From an uncultured Nitrospiraceae bacterium (GTDB taxonomy: Bacteria > Hydrogenedentota > Hydrogenedentia > Hydrogenedentales > SLHB01), in the NCBI GenBank assembly GCA_964520685.1, contig CAZFOG010000002.1, forward strand, positions 1 through 56,442: a stretch of DNA of 56,442 nt, read 5' to 3'. Under the pieces are notes generated by a model. The model was not told the DNA's origin. It saw nothing but the letters and a program-made list of their open reading frames with translations, and ran no database searches. Positions 33,483 through 42,125 of the stretch are shown piece after piece. The position numbers were made by a program, and so were the translations under genes. The number at the start of each line of letters is the position of its first letter. Positions within the stretch are counted from its first letter, which is position 1.

Positions 33483-34381
33483 TGGATATCGAGCGACTGT
33501 ATAGGGACTTTGGCGTTGATTACGCTTCAGAAGGGCATCGTCATGCTCGTCCGGGGTGGGTCAACGCCTCTTGTCCTTTTTGTACGGGGAATCCCGGTTA
33601 TCATCTAGGATTTGACCTGGACGGAAATTACTATTACTGTTGGCGATGTGGATGGCATCCGATAATTCAGACTATCTCCAAGCTAACAAATATTTCTGAA
33701 CCGGAAGTCCGCAAGTTTATAAAGCAGTATGGCCTTACAGTCCCCAAGTCCCGACCATCCTCTGAAGCGACGGTTAGGATAAAGGCACATCGTATGCCTT
33801 CTTATACAGAACCAATGGGATCAAACCATAGACAATATCTTATCAGAAGAGGATTTGACCCGGATGAATTAGGCAAGCTTTGGAACCTTGTTGGAACAGG
33901 TCCTATCAGTAAACTAGATGGATTAGATTTTAAACATCGTATCATTATTCCAATCGTATGGGATCAAAAAGAAGTATCCTTTACATCAAGAGATATTACT
34001 AATAAACATCCATTACGTTATATTACCTGTCCCAAAGACAGAGAACTGATACATCATAAGGAAATAATTTATGGTAGGCAAGAGTACTGGAAAGATATTG
34101 GAATATGTGTAGAAGGACCGACTGACGTATGGAGATTAGGAGTAAATAGCTTTGCAACATTTGGAATAAAATACATTCCTCAACAAGTCAGAATTATTGC
34201 AAAAACCTTTAAGAGAGTAGCAGTAGTGTATGATGATGATCCTCAAGCCGTCGTTCAGGCGAAGAAATTAGTGGCCGATCTTCGATTCAGAGGTGTAGAT
34301 GCTTTCTACATTCCTATTGTTGGGGACCCTGGTTCTATGAAACAAGAAGATGCAAACTACTTTGTAAAACAAATAATATGA
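33482..34381 (+). CDS. DNA primase (zinc-finger plus TOPRIM, DnaG/T7 gp4-N-like)
   Basis: 299 aa. CPFCTGNPGYHLGF..YYYCWRCGWH zinc finger. TOPRIM Glu in ICVEGPTDVWRL and DxD in VAVVYDDDPQA. Confidence 0.85.
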   Translation: MDIERLYRDFGVDYASEGHRHARPGWVNASCPFCTGNPGYHLGFDLDGNYYYCWRCGWHPIIQTISKLTNISEPEVRKFIKQYGLTVPKSRPSSEATVRIKAHRMPSYTEPMGSNHRQYLIRRGFDPDELGKLWNLVGTGPISKLDGLDFKHRIIIPIVWDQKEVSFTSRDITNKHPLRYITCPKDRELIHHKEIIYGRQEYWKDIGICVEGPTDVWRLGVNSFATFGIKYIPQQVRIIAKTFKRVAVVYDDDPQAVVQAKKLVADLRFRGVDAFYIPIVGDPGSMKQEDANYFVKQII

Positions 34382-34587
34382 AGACATACAAACTATTTGA
34401 TAAAAGATATGAAACATATCTGTTAGAAGAAACCGGGGACGAGTTTGTTACCCCTGATCTGGACGATGCGGAGGACCAAAGATGGTACTATTTACGCAGA
34501 AGTCAATGTCCAGAGTTTGCTATAACCATACACGAATTTTCTAACGGTGTTTTATCCGGGGAAATTCAAAGTATCATTCTTAACTGA
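34378..34587 (+). CDS. hypothetical protein
   Basis: 69 aa. ATGA overlap with the primase gene. Confidence 0.55.
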   Translation: MKTYKLFDKRYETYLLEETGDEFVTPDLDDAEDQRWYYLRRSQCPEFAITIHEFSNGVLSGEIQSIILN

Positions 34588-34616
34588 TTGACTATAAGTC
34601 AAGTATAAATAAATTT

Positions 34617-34727
34617 TTATTTTCGAAAAATAGTATTTAACTTAGCGGAGGAATTTAAAGTGACGGCCCACAATGATATACCGGGAACTCGTTTGAAACT
34701 CATCTTGTCAAAGAACATACCCGGCAT
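34617..34727 (-). CDS. possible 36-aa antisense-oriented mini-gene
   Basis: On the minus strand, AACTAAAAACCTTA (34746-34733) is followed after 5 nt by ATG (34727). The ORF reads MPGMFFDKMSFKRVPGISLWAVTLNSSAKLNTIFRK. It is the only minus-strand candidate within the plus-strand arm, so support is weak. Confidence 0.3.
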   Translation of the reverse strand: MPGMFFDKMSFKRVPGISLWAVTLNSSAKLNTIFRK

Positions 34728-34778
34728 TTTTTTAAGGTTTTTAGTTGGAGAGCTTGAAGAGAGTAGGTGGGCCGTCAC
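34660..34778. repeat. 12-bp perfect inverted repeat enclosing 95 bp
   Basis: GTGACGGCCCAC (34660-34671) and GTGGGCCGTCAC (34767-34778). The enclosed DNA contains the reversed leader box and the start of the mini-ORF. Confidence 0.85.
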
Positions 34779-34817
34779 CGAAATCTTCAAGTTCTTTTTT
34801 AATCCATACATAAGATT

Positions 34818-35648
34818 ATGAAAAGATTATCTACAAAACCCATTACTCCAGATAGTGTTCAATACAATAATTTAGAAGAACCTATCATATTATCAAAACC
34901 CATATTAGATTTATTAATGCAAGAACCTAAACATGCAGAATTAATTGCCCTATATATTTTTTACTATTCAAAAGCAAAATGGCAAGGAACTCCCCAATTG
35001 AAAGCCTCTACTCTTTATGTGATGCAAGAATTGGAATGGACTGAGGAAAAAGTATTAAGAATCAAAAAACGATTAAAAGAACTGCAACTCATAGAGGATA
35101 TAGTTATTCATAGTGTGGGAAATAAAATACTTGGACACTATATTAAGGTTAATTTGTCCATACCAGTACCCCATTCATACCAGGTCCTGGGAAATATAGG
35201 GAAAAAGAAAAGTGACTCAAAAGAAAAAGATACTAAAAAGAAAATTATTATAAAAGAAAAAGACGAAGATGGAATAACTTTTTCTATGTTTGAAAATTTC
35301 TGGGAGATTTACCCAAAGAAGGTTGATAAAGGGAAAGCTTTAACTTCATGGAAAAAGATTTGCAACAAACCATTAAAGGACCGTCCCACTTGGAAAGAAA
35401 TAAGACGGGCTGTTTCACTCCAAATAAAAAGTGAACGATGGCAGGAACGTTCTTTCATTCCTCATCCAGCCACCTGGTTAAATCAGAGTCGATGGTTGGA
35501 CGATCCTAAAGAAATGAAAGCCTATAAGCGAAATTCTGAATTTACCTCCCGTATGAAACCATTCATCATTGATGACGGTATCCAATACGATCTAGGTCCA
35601 GATGGTAAATATCATCATTGTGTAACCGGTGAAGTTTATATTCCATGA
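34818..35648 (+). CDS. putative replication initiation/organiser protein (DnaD-like; tentative)
   Basis: 276 aa. N-terminal winged-helix-like region. C-terminal FENFWEIYPKKVDKGKALTSWKKI...IPHPATWLNQSRWLDD is a pattern common in phage replisome-organiser proteins. Precedes the helicase with an ATGA overlap. Confidence 0.55.
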   Translation: MKRLSTKPITPDSVQYNNLEEPIILSKPILDLLMQEPKHAELIALYIFYYSKAKWQGTPQLKASTLYVMQELEWTEEKVLRIKKRLKELQLIEDIVIHSVGNKILGHYIKVNLSIPVPHSYQVLGNIGKKKSDSKEKDTKKKIIIKEKDEDGITFSMFENFWEIYPKKVDKGKALTSWKKICNKPLKDRPTWKEIRRAVSLQIKSERWQERSFIPHPATWLNQSRWLDDPKEMKAYKRNSEFTSRMKPFIIDDGIQYDLGPDGKYHHCVTGEVYIP

Positions 35649-36889
35649 TAGAACGAAAGATTTTAATTGGACTCATAACTTCCACCGAATACTGTCAAAA
35701 GATTCGGGCCATTTGGAATATAGATTTGATAGAATCGGATATGGCAAAACGCCTGTCCACATGGATTTGGGAATATTTTGATAAGTATAACAAGGCTCCA
35801 GGTCCAGATATGGAGATTCTTTACTTTTCCAAGTTGAAAGAATCAAAGCTCCCCAAGTCAGTTGCAGAAGAAATAGAACAGGACATTCTTCCAGGCCTGT
35901 CCTCTCAATACTCACAGGAAGGGATAGATATCAAGCCTCTGATAGATGAAACAGAAAGATATTTCAACGAGAGGCATTACTCCCTGCTATCTGAAAACAT
36001 TCAGGACCTGATATCAGCCGGGAAAATAGAGGAAGCCTCCCGGATGGTTCAGGATTTTCGTCCGTTGATATCGGACGATCAGCGACTGGATAACTATATT
36101 CTGACAGTTAGAGGCATGCGAAATAAAAAGCGGAAGCCTCCCAAGCCTCTTATAGCTCCGTGGCTTAGAGAGGGTGAAATGACAGTAATTTATGGAAATT
36201 TTGGGACGGGTAAATCCCTGCTAACAATCTCCGCAGCGTATATTTTGGGAATGGAGGATTATACCAATGAGGAAGCAGAGATCGGAGAGTGGCAGGTAAA
36301 AAATCCTACAGGGTGCCTTTACATAGACGGTGAGTTAGGAGAAGTAGAAATGCTCAAAAGAATTGCCCAATTTGAATGGCTAGGAAAGCAGAATTACCCT
36401 ATTCGTGTACTCTCTATCCCCGAATACCAATTGGAAACAAGAGACACCATGATTTTGTCGGAAAGAAAAAATCAGTTAAAAATAGTTAATTGGCTTAAGA
36501 GACATCCGCAGTATAGGCTTGTTGTCTTGGACAGTGCAAGTACTCTATTTGGCTTGGAAGATGAAAACAATAACAGCGAATGGAATAATAAAATTAATCC
36601 ATTTCTCAGGGACCTGCGTGGGATGGGAGTTGCCTGTTTACTTTTACACCACGCTGGAAAGGATGGAAATAAAGGATTCAGAGGAGCTTCTGCTATTGGA
36701 GCTATGGCAGAAAATATCTTCAGAATAACAAATCATAAAAAGAAAAATGTGGATGATGGAGAAGCCTGGTTTGTTATTTCAAAAGATAAATTGAGATCAG
36801 CAGGAAAGAGTTTTAAGAAGTTTGCGTTGAAATATACTCAAACCGAAGATTGTTCAGGAACACAGTGGGAGGAAACTCAAATAGAGTAA
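35645..36889 (+). CDS. RecA-fold replicative helicase/ATPase (AAA_25/RepA-DnaB-like)
   Basis: 414 aa. Walker A YGNFGTGKSLL, Walker B LVVLDSASTLF, and LLLHHAGKDGNKGFRGASA. Confidence 0.8.
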   Translation: MIERKILIGLITSTEYCQKIRAIWNIDLIESDMAKRLSTWIWEYFDKYNKAPGPDMEILYFSKLKESKLPKSVAEEIEQDILPGLSSQYSQEGIDIKPLIDETERYFNERHYSLLSENIQDLISAGKIEEASRMVQDFRPLISDDQRLDNYILTVRGMRNKKRKPPKPLIAPWLREGEMTVIYGNFGTGKSLLTISAAYILGMEDYTNEEAEIGEWQVKNPTGCLYIDGELGEVEMLKRIAQFEWLGKQNYPIRVLSIPEYQLETRDTMILSERKNQLKIVNWLKRHPQYRLVVLDSASTLFGLEDENNNSEWNNKINPFLRDLRGMGVACLLLHHAGKDGNKGFRGASAIGAMAENIFRITNHKKKNVDDGEAWFVISKDKLRSAGKSFKKFALKYTQTEDCSGTQWEETQIE

Positions 36890-36901
36890 ATAGCATATGC
36901 A

Positions 36902-36915
36902 AATTTTCGGGTGAA
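36902..36915 (+). promoter_or_regulatory. conserved box AATTTTCGGGTGAA (copy 3)
   Basis: Exact 14-mer, 5 nt upstream of the TTATTTGTATAATA 14-mer. Confidence 0.55.
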
Positions 36916-36920
36916 AAAAA

Positions 36921-36934
36921 TTATTTGTATAATA
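36921..36934 (+). promoter_or_regulatory. promoter-like 14-mer TTATTTGTATAATA
   Basis: Exact copy of the 14-mers at 32710 and 47364. Contains TG-TATAAT (an E. coli-like -10 element) and TAtTTG (near the Bacteroidota -7 TAnnTTTG). Confidence 0.55.
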
Positions 36935-36979
36935 TCTTCATAAAAACGTTTTAATGTTAAACCAAAACTTTTAAAAATT

Positions 36980-37570
36980 ATGATTAGCGAAAAAGCATTG
37001 AAAGCTGCAGCAGCTGAAGTAAATGAATTGGGAGTTGATCCCCCAATTGACCTGAAAGCAGGTGTAAAAAAAATTACCGCTGGCCTGAAGGAGGCGATTG
37101 CGGATGTACTCGAAAAGGATGATGAATTTTCGAAGGAAACCGAAAAAGTTCTGATTGAACTTGGTTGGAATAAAGAGGAAGAGGAAGAGGAAGAGGAAGA
37201 GCAGGAAGAAGATGACGATGATGAAGAGGAAAAGGAAGAAAAGCAGAAAGTAGCAGAAAAGATTCATCAGAAGAATATTGCTAGCAAAGCTCCTATCATC
37301 AAAGAAGACAAGGGAGGAAAAGAAAAACCGGCAGCTCCGAAGGAAAAAAGGACTCCACCTCCCAGGAAGACCGGATCATACACTCGTATTGATGCTGTCT
37401 GCGATGCCCTGAAAACAAAGAAACCCAAGACTGTTAAGGACTGGGTAAAAGCAACCAACGAAGTCTACATTGAAAAGGGAGGTTCCGCCAACGACAGCGA
37501 AAGCTCTATGATGATCAAGTATGCTTCCAAGGTAATGACGCACTTTGATGTAAAATTCCCTACGGAATAA
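36980..37570 (+). CDS. hypothetical protein with poly-acidic tract
   Basis: 196 aa. Central NKEEEEEEEEEQEEDDDDEEEKEEK followed by a Lys/Pro-rich segment. Confidence 0.65.
   Translation: MISEKALKAAAAEVNELGVDPPIDLKAGVKKITAGLKEAIADVLEKDDEFSKETEKVLIELGWNKEEEEEEEEEQEEDDDDEEEKEEKQKVAEKIHQKNIASKAPIIKEDKGGKEKPAAPKEKRTPPPRKTGSYTRIDAVCDALKTKKPKTVKDWVKATNEVYIEKGGSANDSESSMMIKYASKVMTHFDVKFPTE
37175..37245 (+). repeat. GAA/GAG-rich low-complexity coding tract
   Basis: (GAGGAA)n-like run encoding the poly-Glu/Asp stretch. Generates the spurious minus-strand ORF 36971-37267. Confidence 0.8.
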
Positions 37571-38625
37571 TGTCGGAGGCGTTGTTAAAAAACAGTGTGA
37601 CGATTCGAGGGGACAGCCTGTACTGTCCTCTCGCATTGTCCATTGATAGTTACGGAAACTGTCTTACAGACTGCTGGCACTGTTACTTACGCAGATTAAA
37701 TCATACCTGGGGACAGGATTTAAAACCGGCAGATGTTTCTCTACTTGAGAAAAAGTTGGTTTCTGGACTTTCTAACAAGCATCCTAAAACTCCTTTAGCA
37801 TGGGCTTTATCTCAACGAAAAACCATTCGTTGGGGGAATAAGACTGATCCATTCCAAAAGGCAGAGTTGGAGTATCGGGTAGCTCGTCCGATATTTAACA
37901 TTCTTACAGAATTAGAATGGTCTTTCGTGATACAGACCCGGTTCACCTCTGTGCTTGAAGAATATGAACGGTATATATTGAGAGCCCATGGTAGGGGATT
38001 GATTACAATCATGCCTGTGATTTCTCCCGGATTGGAGAAGGATTGGTCCATTTTTGAACGGGAAAGAACTACGCCTCCGGAGGACAGATTGAGATCAATT
38101 CAGCGTTGGAAAGGTTTGAAAATACCTGTTGGAGTAAATGGAGAGCCTTTTATTCCAGGATTCCATACTGAAGAAGATTTTGAGAATGCTTTGAAGCTTT
38201 TGAAGGCGTACGGAATAAACCGATACAACACCTATAATTTCCATTTTAACGCTTTTGTAGCCCGACGACTTAATGATATTGGAATCGATATCGAGAGTAT
38301 TTGGTATTACAACCGGGATAAGCAGTGGAAAAAGATTTTGAGAAATTTATTGGACCTAGCGAAGAAATACGACATTATACTTGGATGCCCGGACTTTGTT
38401 AATTCAGGATTATCTTGGGTGGAACGGGCAAATACGTGCTGTGGAGTGGACGTTCCCAATCCATGTACTTTTAACACTCACCATTTTAAAAGACTGCATC
38501 AGAGCGGTAAATCTCCAGAGGAAATATTTAAACTCTCTTTTGATGGAACTGGAGATGAGAATATGGGAAGATCTATTATTGAAGGAAGCACGAAAGATTT
38601 CTACACTTTAAAAGATATCAAATGA
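37570..38625 (+). CDS. radical SAM protein 1 (SPL/COG1533-like)
   Basis: 351 aa. The CxxxCxxC cluster motif is present as NCLTDCWHCY near the N-terminus. Overall it resembles the spore-photoproduct-lyase/DNA-photolyase-like radical-SAM family. ATG overlaps the previous stop. Confidence 0.75.
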   Translation: MSEALLKNSVTIRGDSLYCPLALSIDSYGNCLTDCWHCYLRRLNHTWGQDLKPADVSLLEKKLVSGLSNKHPKTPLAWALSQRKTIRWGNKTDPFQKAELEYRVARPIFNILTELEWSFVIQTRFTSVLEEYERYILRAHGRGLITIMPVISPGLEKDWSIFERERTTPPEDRLRSIQRWKGLKIPVGVNGEPFIPGFHTEEDFENALKLLKAYGINRYNTYNFHFNAFVARRLNDIGIDIESIWYYNRDKQWKKILRNLLDLAKKYDIILGCPDFVNSGLSWVERANTCCGVDVPNPCTFNTHHFKRLHQSGKSPEEIFKLSFDGTGDENMGRSIIEGSTKDFYTLKDIK

Positions 38626-39440
38626 CTCCTATTGAAGAACACTATAATGTCTTAGTAAAACGGGATGATCTATGCTTTCCTCCCCCTGCCCCTCCATTCT
38701 CCAAATGTAGAGGTATAATCGAACACCTCCGTAAGTTGAAACGGGAAGGAATAGAATATGTTGGATATACTGAAACGTCCATTAGCATGGCTGGTTGGGG
38801 AGTAGCTTGGGCCTGTAAGGAATTGGGACTAAAAGCGGTTCTATTTGATCCTCAGTACAAGCAAACTCCCGAAGTTTTAAAATACCATCGTCAGCAATGG
38901 AAACAGTTTGATCCAATCATAGTTCCGATTCAGGCTGGGATGGCTTCTGTAAACGTACATATTGCTGCTAATATTTTACGGAGGACCTACAAGAACTCTA
39001 TTATGCTTCCTTTAGGGCTACCTTTTGAGGAAACAATGGAGGCTACCCGTGTAGAAACTATTGAAACTATGCAGGCTTTATCTTCTGAAAATATCAAATC
39101 AGTAGTAGTAAGCGTGGGTAGCGGTACAATATACGCTGGAATCTTCCGGGGGTTACACGATTTAGGTGCCCCCGTTACTTTATATGGAATCCTAACTCGA
39201 AGTAGTGATCTGAAAAGAAAGCGAACGTCCATTCAAAACAAGGCTGGTATATTTGAATTCGGATTATCTGATAGCCCTGTAAAAATGAAACTGATAGACA
39301 AAGATTGGGAGTACACTCAACGGAGTTATCAGGAATGTCCTTTCCCATGCCATCCGTATTACGATCTGAAAGCTTGGGAATGGTTAGTAAAAATACAATA
39401 TATTCCAGAGCGAATATTGTTTTGGAATATAGGAAAATAA
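38622..39440 (+). CDS. PLP-dependent fold-type-II enzyme (ACC deaminase / D-cysteine desulfhydrase-like)
   Basis: 272 aa. LVKRDDL...FSKCRG (candidate PLP lysine) and the Gly-rich VVSVGSGTIYAGI loop. ATGA overlap with radical-SAM gene 1. Confidence 0.65.
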   Translation: MTPIEEHYNVLVKRDDLCFPPPAPPFSKCRGIIEHLRKLKREGIEYVGYTETSISMAGWGVAWACKELGLKAVLFDPQYKQTPEVLKYHRQQWKQFDPIIVPIQAGMASVNVHIAANILRRTYKNSIMLPLGLPFEETMEATRVETIETMQALSSENIKSVVVSVGSGTIYAGIFRGLHDLGAPVTLYGILTRSSDLKRKRTSIQNKAGIFEFGLSDSPVKMKLIDKDWEYTQRSYQECPFPCHPYYDLKAWEWLVKIQYIPERILFWNIGK

Positions 39441-39458
39441 TGTTTAAATTTGTAGAAA

Positions 39459-39860
39459 ATGTCAGGCACGGTTAAACACTTTACTTATGAAGAACTCATA
39501 AAGATTTGGAAGATAAATAACTATGAGGAGAACTACATTCTAAAACCAAATTTACCTTATAGCAAGGGGTGTATTATTCTAGACAGGAAAACCGGAAAAA
39601 TAATTCGTGAATTTGATAAGAATTATGATCTTTTCAAAGCGTTAATGGAAGGGTATATTCCTGGACAACCTTGGAAGATTAAAGGTCTGTTTGGAGAGGA
39701 AACTACTCAATCTACTGGATTGAGAGCTGATATAGCAGTAGATATGTGCATAGACTATGTAAAAGCGTTATTGTTAATGTTACCTACTATGATTGGAGAA
39801 GAATTACCGAAAGACTGGGAGAGCAAATTATATGAAAAACGTAAGAAATTAAGAGGATGA
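39459..39860 (+). CDS. hypothetical protein
   Basis: 133 aa. TAAATTTG (a match to the Bacteroidota -7 consensus TAnnTTTG) lies 7 nt upstream of the ATG. ATGA overlap with the next gene. Confidence 0.6.
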   Translation: MSGTVKHFTYEELIKIWKINNYEENYILKPNLPYSKGCIILDRKTGKIIREFDKNYDLFKALMEGYIPGQPWKIKGLFGEETTQSTGLRADIAVDMCIDYVKALLLMLPTMIGEELPKDWESKLYEKRKKLRG

Positions 39861-41266
39861 ACTATTGGGAATTGAGAAAAATCATAGCAAGAGCTGTGGG
39901 AGGAATGTCTCATCAGTTGAAGGCCACATTCCGTAAGGAGGATCAGGTTAGAGAGAAAGGACGAAAACGGAATTACAGCCAATTCAATTTAGTCCATAAC
40001 GAATGGCGTAAACAGGAACGTTTGTTAAATACGGAGGAAATAAATTCATTTCTTGAAATCTCCGTTAGGGCATCTGCCTGTCCCATGCCTTTCAATATGG
40101 ACATCTGGGATGGGTTAGTTTGTCCGTTTGCTTGTTCGTATTGTTACGCCAATGCCTTTAGGGCTTCTTTATATACGGCCTTCTTTGATAACAGTAAGAC
40201 AATGGGGTTCCGACATTGCAATCCTACGTATTACAAGGAAGAGATGGATAAAATGGCGAAGTATCGGGTTATGTCTTTTGATGAAAAGAGGAGTTTAACA
40301 GGTATCAACAAAGCTTTTGCTTTAGAGATTCCAGTTCGTATGGGAATCCGTTTTGAAGATTTTCTCAAGAAGGAAGGACGGGAGCATATCAGTTTAGAGA
40401 TGCTTCAATACCTAAAAGATATTTCATATCCGGTAATGATAAACAGTAAGGCGGCACTTCCGGCTGAAGATGAATACTTGAGAGCTTTAGCTGACAATAA
40501 GGCTGGGACGGCTATTCACATTACTCTTATATCTAGTAGTGATGAAGTGTTAAAGAAACTGGAACCAGGTGCTCCTACATATTCAGAAAGAATACAAGCT
40601 ATGAGTGAATTATCTGCTGCAGGAGTTCGTGTAGTGGCTCGTATTGAACCTTATTTGTTCTTACTTACGGACGATCCTGATGAGGTTGAAAAGTACATGG
40701 AAGATGTATGGAACGCCGGAGTGCGACATATTACTTTTGATACCTACTCTTATACTGCCCAAAATCAAGGAATACGTCAAAGTTTTATAAATGTAGGATA
40801 CGACTTTGACCGCATTTTCTTAGCAGGATGTGATAGTCAACCACTGGGTTCTCTACTACTAGGCAAGTTTATGGACTTATTCCGGGAAAGAGGATTCAGT
40901 TGTAGTACGTTCGATATGGGGAATGTTCCAACTAATGATCAGTCTGTTTGTTGTGAAGTCGGGGATTGGTTTAAGGGAGGCTTCAGTTACGGATGTACTG
41001 TAATGGCTGCTAGATTTGTAAAGGAGCGGATTGGATTGAAAACCAGTTGGAAGGATTATGTAAAGTGGGTGGAGGAACATGGGGGATTCCTTACTGAAGA
41101 CCTCAAGGAGGAAGTAAAAAGACTTTGGAATCTGGAAGGTAATGTCGCTTACAGTCATCGCTGGGCAGCAGGATTAACCGCAGTAGGACTGGATGAAGAT
41201 GGAACTATTTGGACATACGTAAAAGGTGAAGATTATAGGGAGAAACTTTTAAATGAAATTATATGA
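39857..41266 (+). CDS. radical SAM protein 2 (SPL/COG1533-like)
   Basis: 469 aa. CxxxCxxC present as VCPFACSYCYANAF. Distant paralogue of ORF 37570-38625. Confidence 0.75.
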   Translation: MNYWELRKIIARAVGGMSHQLKATFRKEDQVREKGRKRNYSQFNLVHNEWRKQERLLNTEEINSFLEISVRASACPMPFNMDIWDGLVCPFACSYCYANAFRASLYTAFFDNSKTMGFRHCNPTYYKEEMDKMAKYRVMSFDEKRSLTGINKAFALEIPVRMGIRFEDFLKKEGREHISLEMLQYLKDISYPVMINSKAALPAEDEYLRALADNKAGTAIHITLISSSDEVLKKLEPGAPTYSERIQAMSELSAAGVRVVARIEPYLFLLTDDPDEVEKYMEDVWNAGVRHITFDTYSYTAQNQGIRQSFINVGYDFDRIFLAGCDSQPLGSLLLGKFMDLFRERGFSCSTFDMGNVPTNDQSVCCEVGDWFKGGFSYGCTVMAARFVKERIGLKTSWKDYVKWVEEHGGFLTEDLKEEVKRLWNLEGNVAYSHRWAAGLTAVGLDEDGTIWTYVKGEDYREKLLNEII

Positions 41267-42075
41267 ACATAGCTAAAGAACCTAATGGAAAAGTGGTAGA
41301 GGAAATATTTGCTCTTGCCCAAATTATGGATCAGAATGGAGGTCTTCGAAATTCCGTATATGCGGATGGAAAAGAGATTTACATTCTCAATTATGATCAT
41401 ACCGTACTAGTGCGGTTCAGATTGAAACCTAAAGAGCCAACATTTACTCAACCAATCTCCTTCAGAGCGAGTGACTATGAAGGCTCTGAGTTTGAAGAAG
41501 TAGATGGTAAAATCATTTTTAAAACTAAAAAGGCCGGGCACGTACGGAACAAAAGTTGTGGAAGGGCGGAATACTCTCCTGAAGAGGTCCGTCAAATGTT
41601 CAATAATCTTGTTACTACCGCTCCTGAAATGGTAAAGGGGATAATGTTGAATCAAGCCATAATGAGCTTATTGGATGCAGATTTGAGTCATGTTGAGTTT
41701 TCGGGAGAAAAAGGAGGTTCTTACACCATCGTCCAACGCAATATCTATTCAGGAGGAGTTATAACAGTCACACAGGAATTGGAAAGATTTGGAACTTTGG
41801 AGTTGGAAGAAGGCTTCGGTCCAGTGGGAATAAAAACAAATGACTTGGCGAGTCTATTTCAATTTGAAGATGATCTCAAGTTTGAATTCTCAGGTCGTGA
41901 AACAGAAGGTTCTTTCATAATTGTCCGGAGTTTCAACCGGGAAAAGAAAGATATGGTGGCCCTAATAGCAGGGTGTTTATATGATGAAATAATTAAAATA
42001 AGGGAGGTACAAAACAATGGGAGGCAAGAGCAGAAAGTCAGGAGGCGTAAGCAGGCAGCTGATAGCTCACATTAA
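41263..42075 (+). CDS. hypothetical protein (basic C-terminal tail)
   Basis: 270 aa. ATGA overlap with radical-SAM gene 2. No recognisable motif. Confidence 0.6.
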   Translation: MNIAKEPNGKVVEEIFALAQIMDQNGGLRNSVYADGKEIYILNYDHTVLVRFRLKPKEPTFTQPISFRASDYEGSEFEEVDGKIIFKTKKAGHVRNKSCGRAEYSPEEVRQMFNNLVTTAPEMVKGIMLNQAIMSLLDADLSHVEFSGEKGGSYTIVQRNIYSGGVITVTQELERFGTLELEEGFGPVGIKTNDLASLFQFEDDLKFEFSGRETEGSFIIVRSFNREKKDMVALIAGCLYDEIIKIREVQNNGRQEQKVRRRKQAADSSH

Positions 42076-42125
42076 GAGCGGACGGCTACCTCAGAGTAAA
42101 AACAAGAAGAAAGAACAAGTTCCAG

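Noticed and set aside
36971-37267. 98-aa minus-strand ORF rich in Phe/Leu (FLLFLFLFLF) and its counterpart at 51115-51366
   Set aside because: Both are the reverse reading of the GAA/GAG poly-acidic coding repeats, so they are artefacts of low-complexity DNA.
41263-42075. Second sliding-clamp (gp45/PCNA-like) assignment for the 270-aa ORF upstream of the DnaN-like clamp
   Set aside because: This rests only on a vague size and beta-rich impression. No clamp motifs can be pointed to, so it is left as hypothetical.
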